DNA of 64,000 nucleotides from an uncultured bacterium (GTDB lineage Bacteria; Krumholzibacteriota; Krumholzibacteriia; JACNKJ01): NCBI GenBank assembly GCA_963695095.1, contig CAVOFT010000001.1, positions 725,981 to 789,980 of the forward strand, read 5' to 3'. Shown piece by piece: positions 58,824 to 64,000 of this stretch (position 1 is its first letter; each line of letters starts with the position of its first letter). The notes under the pieces were generated by a model. It saw only the letters and a program-made list of their open reading frames with translations, ran no database searches and was not told where the DNA came from. The position numbers and the translations under genes were made by a program.

Positions 58824-58830
58824 CGGCTGC

Positions 58831-59601
58831 TCATCGGTTCGGGGGTTCGGGCCGGCCGCGAGTGGCCGCGAGGCGGCCGGGCAGCCAGTCCAGGCGCAGG
58901 CTCAGCCGCCAGTTGCTCCGTCGCTCGCGCTCGAGGACGAGGGCCTCGCCCACGCGCCGGGCGCTGTCGAGGGCGAAGGCGAGGGCATCCAGATCCAGAC
59001 CGAGGGCGAACTCCGCGGCCAGGGCGCGGCGCAGCAGCAGGCCGCCGCCGCCGCAGAGCGCGTCCACGGGGGCGAAGTCGATCCGCAGGTCCTCGCCCGC
59101 CGGCCCCGCGCCGGCGAGCAGGAGCTGGTCGGGCGCATAGCCGAGGCGCAGCCAGCCGAGATGGCCCTGCAGCCAGAGCTCCAGCCCCGCCGGCCTGGCG
59201 AGGCGGCGGCCGAGCTGAGCCTCGAGACTGGTCAGAGCCAGCTCGAGCGCAGCGGGCGCAGCGGGCAGGCCCGTCGCCTGGCTGCCGCCATGGCGCTGCA
59301 GGCGCAGGCCGTAGGCGCTCGCCCCTCGCTCCCAGGCGAGCCCGCCGCCCAGCAGGGCCCGAGGCCCGGTGTCCCAGCGGAAGTCGGCGAAGCTCGCGTC
59401 CGGCCGGGCGAGGCCGGCTGCGGCCTCCAGGCGCCAGCCGGCCCGGGAGACGCGCGGCCAGGCCGCTGCCGCGAGGGCAATGAGCAGCGCCAGCCAGGGC
59501 CAGAGCGCGAGCCAGCGCCTGGAGCTGCGGCGGCCGCGTACAGCGGCAGGGCGCGGCGCCTGCCGCGGATGGCCGGGCTCCGCATCCCAGAGGGAACTCA
59601 C
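58831..59601 (-). CDS. Membrane-anchored or outer-membrane beta-rich protein, uncharacterised
   Basis: The GTG overlaps the upstream stop (GTGA). A TM or signal segment is present (WLALWPWLALLIALAAAAW). Amphipathic strands follow (WRLEAAAGLA, LELWLQGHLGWLRLGY, LRIDFAPV, RSNWRLSLRLDW). It was preferred over the overlapping frame of ORF 58820..59800, which is Arg/Pro-rich. Confidence 0.55.
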   Translation of the reverse strand: MSSLWDAEPGHPRQAPRPAAVRGRRSSRRWLALWPWLALLIALAAAAWPRVSRAGWRLEAAAGLARPDASFADFRWDTGPRALLGGGLAWERGASAYGLRLQRHGGSQATGLPAAPAALELALTSLEAQLGRRLARPAGLELWLQGHLGWLRLGYAPDQLLLAGAGPAGEDLRIDFAPVDALCGGGGLLLRRALAAEFALGLDLDALAFALDSARRVGEALVLERERRSNWRLSLRLDWLPGRLAATRGRPEPPNR

Positions 59602-60203
59602 GGCGCGCTCCGATCCAGGCGCAGCGCGAAGCCCGTGGCGAGGATCTCCAGGCTGTCCATGGCGACGGGCGTGACGACCACCGTGTCCGCCATGCCCGCG
59701 CGGCGCAGCTCCTCGCCCTGGCCGAAGAAGAGCAGGAGCCAGAGCGCTTCCGTCGAATCGAGATCCGCGGGCAGGGGCGCCGCGAAGGCGAGCTGGGCAT
59801 CCATCATCAGGTGATCGAAGCCGGTGACGGCGCGCGAGGCGCCGGCCACCGGCGTCGTGGCGGCGAGCAGAGCCTGCACGCGGCGGCTGTGCTGGCGCGG
59901 CTCATCGTCCGCGCGCAGGGGATGGGCGGCGAGGAGCGCGGCGTCGCCCCGGCGCAGCTCGATGGCGAGATCGCCCGTGCGGATGGCGCGGAAGGTGATG
60001 CGGACATCGACGCTCACCGCGAGGGTGCCGCTGGGCGCGACGAGGGCGCCGGCCGCCGGCTGGCTCGAGAGCAGGTCCAGACGGGTCCAGGTCTCCTCGA
60101 CGCCGGGCGCCTCGAGACAGCCGCCTCCCGCCGCCGCGAGGGCGAGCGGCGGGAGGACGGCCATCGCGAAGCGCGCGCGCCGGAATCTGCCGGGGATGTT
60201 CAT
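59598..60203 (-). CDS. Lipoprotein, uncharacterised
   Basis: MNIPGRFRRARFAMAVLPPLALAAAGGGCLE contains a lipobox. It overlaps its upstream neighbour by 4 nt. Confidence 0.55.
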   Translation of the reverse strand: MNIPGRFRRARFAMAVLPPLALAAAGGGCLEAPGVEETWTRLDLLSSQPAAGALVAPSGTLAVSVDVRITFRAIRTGDLAIELRRGDAALLAAHPLRADDEPRQHSRRVQALLAATTPVAGASRAVTGFDHLMMDAQLAFAAPLPADLDSTEALWLLLFFGQGEELRRAGMADTVVVTPVAMDSLEILATGFALRLDRSAP

Positions 60204-61585
60204 TTCAGCAGGAGCAGCTTGCCCTGCTGCCGGGAATCGCCCTGGCTCAGGCGGCTGAAGTAGACGCCCGAGGGGAGGGCCTCGCCGCGCTCGTCGCGGC
60301 CGTCCCAGACCACGGCCTGCTCGCCCGCCGGGTAGCTGCCCTCGGCGAGCACGCGCAGGAGGCGCCCCTGCAGATCGTGGACCGCGAGGCGCAAGGGCGC
60401 GCCGCCGGCCGGCACGCTGAAGCGCAGGGTCGTGCTGGGATTGAAGGGATTGGGGTGATTGCCCAGCAGCGCGAGCGCGGCCGGAGTCCCGCCCTCGGCG
60501 GCCGGATCGCTCTCGCCCTGATCGGGGGCGAGCGCGTAGAGGCGCAGGCCGCTGCCCTCGCCCCAGGCCTCGACCACGAGACCCACCGACTCCTGCCGCC
60601 GCAACTGGGTGCCCCGGCGATGGTCGGTCACGGTCACCGTCGGCACGCAGAAGTCGCGCGGAGCCGCGAGGGCGGCCTCGAGGTCGCCCAGCGGCGCCAG
60701 GCTCGGCGAGAACTTGCGCAGGACGCCGGCCCGGGGCGCGGCGGCGTAGAGGTTGCCCCAGCCGTCGAGGTCCAGGCCCTCGACGCTGCCCAGGCCGTGG
60801 GCGAGCGCGCGCTCCCAGCGCAGGGCCCCGCCCGCTTCGCTGAGCTCGACGATGCGGCCGCCGTGGGCGTCGGCGACGACGACGCGATGCGCGCCGCGCG
60901 CCGCGTCCCAGCGGGCGGCGATGGCGACGGGCCCGGCGAAGCGGCCCACCCCGCCGCCGAGGGCGCCGAAGCGCTCGCCCAGGGCGAAGCGCCCGTTCTC
61001 GACGGCGAAGCTGGCCACGCGATTGGCGCCCGTCTCCACGACGAAGAGGCGGTCGTCGGCGGCGGCGAAGGGCGTGCCGCCATCGGACCAGGCCAGGTCG
61101 CGCGGCGCTTTGAGGCCATCGATCGCGTAGAGCGGCGTCAGGCTCAGGGTCTCGCTGTCGTAGACGGCCTGGAACACCAGCACGCGACCATTACCGCTGT
61201 CAGCCAGGTAGATGCGGCCGGCGTCGTCGGCGGCCAGGCCGCGGGGCTCGACGAGCGCGCCGAAGGCGCTCCCTTCGCCCGTGAAGGCCGCCAGACCCAG
61301 GGTGGGGTCGCCGAAGAGCAGGCGGTTCCAGACCGGATCGCTCATCACCTGCAGGTAGCGCGCCTCGAGGTAGGGGAAGCGATCGTAGATGTCCACGCGG
61401 CCCACGATCACGCCGGCTGCCACGGCGCCGAAGAGATCGCGGTCCAGCTCCGCGCGGCTGGCGGCGCGGTCGAGCAGGCTGCGCTCGCCCGCGCCCGGCC
61501 AGGCCAGCGGGGTGAAGGTGGCGGCGGCGGCCGTCCCCGCGCAGGCGAGGAGGAGAGCCGCGGTCCCGAGGAAGAGGTGTCGCAT
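60200..61585 (-). CDS. NHL-repeat beta-propeller protein with T9SS/FlgD-Ig-like C-terminal sorting domain
   Basis: The signal peptide is MRHLFLGTAALLLACAGTAAA. NHL-type blocks are present (PRGLAADDAGRIYLADSGNGRVLVF, LFVVETGANRVASF, VVVADAHGGRIVEL). The C-terminus is NPFNPSTTLRFSVPAGGAPLRLAVHDLQGRLLRVL...GVYFSRLSQGDSRQQGKLLLLK. Confidence 0.75.
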   Translation of the reverse strand: MRHLFLGTAALLLACAGTAAAATFTPLAWPGAGERSLLDRAASRAELDRDLFGAVAAGVIVGRVDIYDRFPYLEARYLQVMSDPVWNRLLFGDPTLGLAAFTGEGSAFGALVEPRGLAADDAGRIYLADSGNGRVLVFQAVYDSETLSLTPLYAIDGLKAPRDLAWSDGGTPFAAADDRLFVVETGANRVASFAVENGRFALGERFGALGGGVGRFAGPVAIAARWDAARGAHRVVVADAHGGRIVELSEAGGALRWERALAHGLGSVEGLDLDGWGNLYAAAPRAGVLRKFSPSLAPLGDLEAALAAPRDFCVPTVTVTDHRRGTQLRRQESVGLVVEAWGEGSGLRLYALAPDQGESDPAAEGGTPAALALLGNHPNPFNPSTTLRFSVPAGGAPLRLAVHDLQGRLLRVLAEGSYPAGEQAVVWDGRDERGEALPSGVYFSRLSQGDSRQQGKLLLLK

Positions 61586-61615
61586 GATGGGCTCCTTTCT
61601 CGATTCTCCCGAGTC

Positions 61616-62758
61616 CTAGAAGGTCAAGCTGAGGCCCGTCTCGAAGACGTTGGCCGCGAAGGCGTTGGTGTTGAAGTAGCGCTCGTAGCCCAGGCGCAGG
61701 CGCGCCGAGCGCAACAGGCTGAAGCGGGCGACGAGGGCCTGCGGCGCCCACTCCAGGCGGCCGCCGAACAGGTGCGCGTCGAAGGGGCCGAGCCGGTAGT
61801 CGCCGCTGCGATAGCCGCCGATGCCCTCGGCGGCGGTGTACTCTTCAGCCCAGAACCAGGCGCTGCCCTGGTGATAGAAGCGATAGCGGTAGCGCACGAC
61901 GAACTCCCGGCCCAGGTACTGATTGAGCTTGAGCCCCAGGGTGTGGGAGTCGAGCTGCCAGTCGTCCTGGTAGTAGCGGTACTCGACGTTCAGGCTCGAG
62001 CGTTCGCCGAGGTAGCGGTTGAGCTTGAGGAAGACATCCTCCCGCCGCCGCGAGTCGGGGTGCATCTCGGGCAAGCGCTCGCCACCCGCGTAGACCGCGC
62101 GGTAGAGGTTGTGCTGGAGCCCGCCATGCCGATTCAGCTCCAGACCCACGCGCAGCACCGTCTTCGGGTCGAGCACGCGCGTCGCCACCACGTTGAAGTG
62201 CGTGACGTCCTTCTCATCCGCCGCCGCCGCGTCCTCGTCGGCGAGCGGCTCGATGGTGTCCCAGCCATAGCTGAGGCCCACCGACAGATTGAGCTGGTCG
62301 CCGAAGAGGTCGCGACTCGTGCCGGCCGACACCATGCTGGCATCGTAGTCCGACTCGATGGAGCGGTAGTAGCCGAGTGCAGCCGGTCCCAGGGCGAGGC
62401 TTGCCTGCATGGCATTGCGGATCTTCGTGTACTCGCTGAAGGCATCGCCGGCGCCGGCGATGGGCCGGCTGGCGGCGGTGATGGCGTCGGCCGCCTCGAC
62501 GCTGCCGGCCGGCGACGGCACGGGGGGAATGCTCACGCGCTCGTGGTCGAACTCCACATTCAGTCGACTGCGGCCGAGCGATAGGCCGTAGGAGACGTAG
62601 TGCGAGCGCACCTGGACGCCCTCCACATCGGTGAAGTAGTGGTAGAGCGCGCCGGCCTCCTGCTCGCCGGGCTCCGGCCAGGCCAGGGCCGGCGCCGCGA
62701 CCGCGCCCAGCAGGGCGGCAAGGATGGCGCGCGGCCAGATCCGATGCCGGGGGATCAC
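61616..62758 (-). CDS. DUF3570-like outer-membrane beta-barrel protein
   Basis: The GTG at 62758 overlaps the DUF4266 stop (GTGA). A signal sequence is present (AILAALLGAVAAPALA). The rest is beta-rich with a C-terminal FETGLSLTF. The assignment rests mainly on the conserved DUF4266/TlpA neighbourhood and the overall pattern. Confidence 0.6.
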   Translation of the reverse strand: MIPRHRIWPRAILAALLGAVAAPALAWPEPGEQEAGALYHYFTDVEGVQVRSHYVSYGLSLGRSRLNVEFDHERVSIPPVPSPAGSVEAADAITAASRPIAGAGDAFSEYTKIRNAMQASLALGPAALGYYRSIESDYDASMVSAGTSRDLFGDQLNLSVGLSYGWDTIEPLADEDAAAADEKDVTHFNVVATRVLDPKTVLRVGLELNRHGGLQHNLYRAVYAGGERLPEMHPDSRRREDVFLKLNRYLGERSSLNVEYRYYQDDWQLDSHTLGLKLNQYLGREFVVRYRYRFYHQGSAWFWAEEYTAAEGIGGYRSGDYRLGPFDAHLFGGRLEWAPQALVARFSLLRSARLRLGYERYFNTNAFAANVFETGLSLTF

Positions 62759-62988
62759 TTGCACGCGCAGCCTCCCCCGGCGCCGCCGGCGCCGCCCGTC
62801 GAGGCCTCGCGGGCTTCCAGCCACTTCAGTTCCTTGGCCTCCTCGTCGCCTTCGGCGGCGAAGTCCATGATCGGGTCGGCCAGGTACTCGCGCTCATAGG
62901 GCCGCGCGCCGGCGCAGCCGCCGGCAGCGATGACGAGCGCGAGCAGGAGCGTGGCCAGCGGCGCGCGGCAGGACGGCGGGATACGCAT
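62755..62988 (-). CDS. DUF4266-like small lipoprotein
   Basis: This 77-aa ORF has the lipobox LALVIAAGGCAG, the motif YEREYLADPIM and a Gly/Cys-rich tail GGAGGAGGGCACK. Confidence 0.65.
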   Translation of the reverse strand: MRIPPSCRAPLATLLLALVIAAGGCAGARPYEREYLADPIMDFAAEGDEEAKELKWLEAREASTGGAGGAGGGCACK

Positions 62989-63536
62989 CAGCGACTCCCC
63001 ATGGCAGCGGTTGTGGGTGGAGCGGCGGCTGCCGCGAGCAACTCGGCGATGCTCGCCTCCAGGCGCTCCAGGCCGCGGGCGTCGGAGCCCAGCACGGCGA
63101 GACGCCGGGCGCCCTCGCCGTCGAAGACGAAGCTGCAGGGCAAGGCCGGGAGGTCGAGCTGCTTGGCCAGTCCATCGGGGCCGTCCAGGTAGAGCGGCAT
63201 CGTCAGCCCGAGGTCGGCGGCGAATTGTCGCGCCTTCTCCGGATCACGATCGATGGAGACGACCCGCAGCTCGAGGCCGGCTGCCTGCCAGCGGGCCGCG
63301 CGGGCATCCAGCCAGGGCAGCTCGCGGCGACACGGCACGCACCAGCTCGCCCAGAAGTGGAGGAGCAGGGGCCGGCCTGGCAAGGGCGTGATGGTCGCGG
63401 CGCCGGTCTCCGCGAGGGCCGCCAGCGGGCGCGCGGCCAGGGCCTGCCGGGCGGGGTCGGGGTCGGCGGCTGCACGGCCGACCGGCGCCGCGAGCCCAGC
63501 CGCCAGGAGAATCGTCAAGACCAGTGGTCCTCGCAT
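62988..63536 (-). CDS. TlpA-family thiol:disulfide oxidoreductase (thioredoxin fold)
   Basis: The signal peptide is MRGPLVLTILLAAGLAAPVGRAAA. The active site is LLHFWASWCVPCRRELPWL. Confidence 0.8.
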   Translation of the reverse strand: MRGPLVLTILLAAGLAAPVGRAAADPDPARQALAARPLAALAETGAATITPLPGRPLLLHFWASWCVPCRRELPWLDARAARWQAAGLELRVVSIDRDPEKARQFAADLGLTMPLYLDGPDGLAKQLDLPALPCSFVFDGEGARRLAVLGSDARGLERLEASIAELLAAAAAPPTTAAMGSR

Positions 63537-63544
63537 GTCTGCTC

Positions 63545-64000
63545 CTAGCGGTACTGGGCGCCGAGCATCACCCAGAGGCGGAAGAGTTCGCGTTCGCGAT
63601 CGGTGAGGGCGTTCGCACCGTCCGGATGGCGGCCGCTGCCCTCCCGGTTGCCGAGGCCCTCGGTGGCGTCGATGAGCAGCGAGCGGCGTGGGAAGCCCGG
63701 CCTCACCACCTGCGTCTCGAGGTGTTCGGAATCGCCGGAGAGATTGGTGTAGCCGCGCGGGAAGATCGCTCCCGTCTCTAGCGTGTCGGGCGCCGCGCCG
63801 AGGTCCAGGCCCGCCGGCGCCGGCAGGGTGTCGCCTTCCGCGATGACCGTCACGTGGTGGCAGGAAAGGCACTTGGCGTCGACGATGGGCGCGATGTGGT
63901 CCACGTAATTGATGACCTCGAAGTCCACCGGGTCCAGGTTCAGATTCGTGGCGGGGAGCGCGTCGGCCATCGGGAAGGGGTTGGTGGGCGGATCCGTGAC
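63545..64000 (-). CDS. Haem-binding (CxxCH) cytochrome-c-domain protein, 3' part only (continues beyond the window)
   Basis: The frame is open to nt 64000. HIAPIVDAKCLSCHH is a CxxCH motif. The C-terminus is LTDRERELFRLWVMLGAQYR. The stop lies 8 nt before the tlpA-like start. Confidence 0.6.
   Translation of the reverse strand, partial: VTDPPTNPFPMADALPATNLNLDPVDFEVINYVDHIAPIVDAKCLSCHHVTVIAEGDTLPAPAGLDLGAAPDTLETGAIFPRGYTNLSGDSEHLETQVVRPGFPRRSLLIDATEGLGNREGSGRHPDGANALTDRERELFRLWVMLGAQYR

Overview
This is a 64-kb high-GC bacterial chromosomal segment. Spot counts of single 60-nt lines mostly give about 65-75% GC. It carries about 60 protein genes. By eye I found no rRNA, tRNA, CRISPR array, transposase or integrase. 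The many T9SS/FlgD-Ig-like C-terminal sorting domains suggest an uncultivated FCB-superphylum-like lineage; this is inference only. Gene content in order: (1) A 5'-truncated cholesterol-dependent-cytolysin-like (CDC-like) pore-forming protein gene with a non-CDC, lower-GC C-terminal domain. (2) A pstS-pstC-pstA-pstB-pstB locus plus a phoU-like gene. All six genes are broken by multiple 1-nt frame shifts. (3) Nitroreductase, a membrane protein, archaeal-type proS, a PPC-domain gene, a small secreted-peptide ORF and an acyl-CoA dehydrogenase. Three of these are also frame-disrupted. (4) An NFACT/RqcH-like gene, a thrombospondin-type-3 repeat protein translationally coupled to a PorV-like/OmpA fusion, a beta-helix protein and an FG-GAP protein. 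(5) A housekeeping block: DUF4912-GH57, yicC-gmk-rpoZ-coaBC-SulP-methyltransferase, small accessory genes, a hybrid PAS histidine kinase plus receiver, and UDG-dnaB-fpr-GNAT. (6) Two tandem subtilase paralogues, a beta-propeller protein, an orphan sorting-domain fragment and yhhQ. (7) A 15.6-kb tightly coupled minus-strand array of 16 genes plus the 3' end of a 17th. It combines a DUF3570/DUF4266/TlpA/cytochrome-c module, six envelope proteins (five of them uncharacterised), a 1538-aa Ala-rich TPR protein, a TPR lipoprotein, a small secreted protein, ExbB, two ExbD and a TonB-like protein with an AgmX/PglI-type C-terminus. I consider this array the best candidate for an undescribed envelope-spanning, proton-motive-force-driven machine; its part list resembles the Myxococcus Agl-Glt core. 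Other points of interest: the CDC-like gene; a PhoU fused to a degenerate LMW-phosphatase-like domain; an attenuator-like proS leader; a conserved 42-nt hairpin repeat with compensatory stem changes; CACGTG-centred palindromes; and an intact but apparently catalytically dead subtilase next to a canonical but broken paralogue. All family assignments come from by-eye motif recognition. No database search was run.
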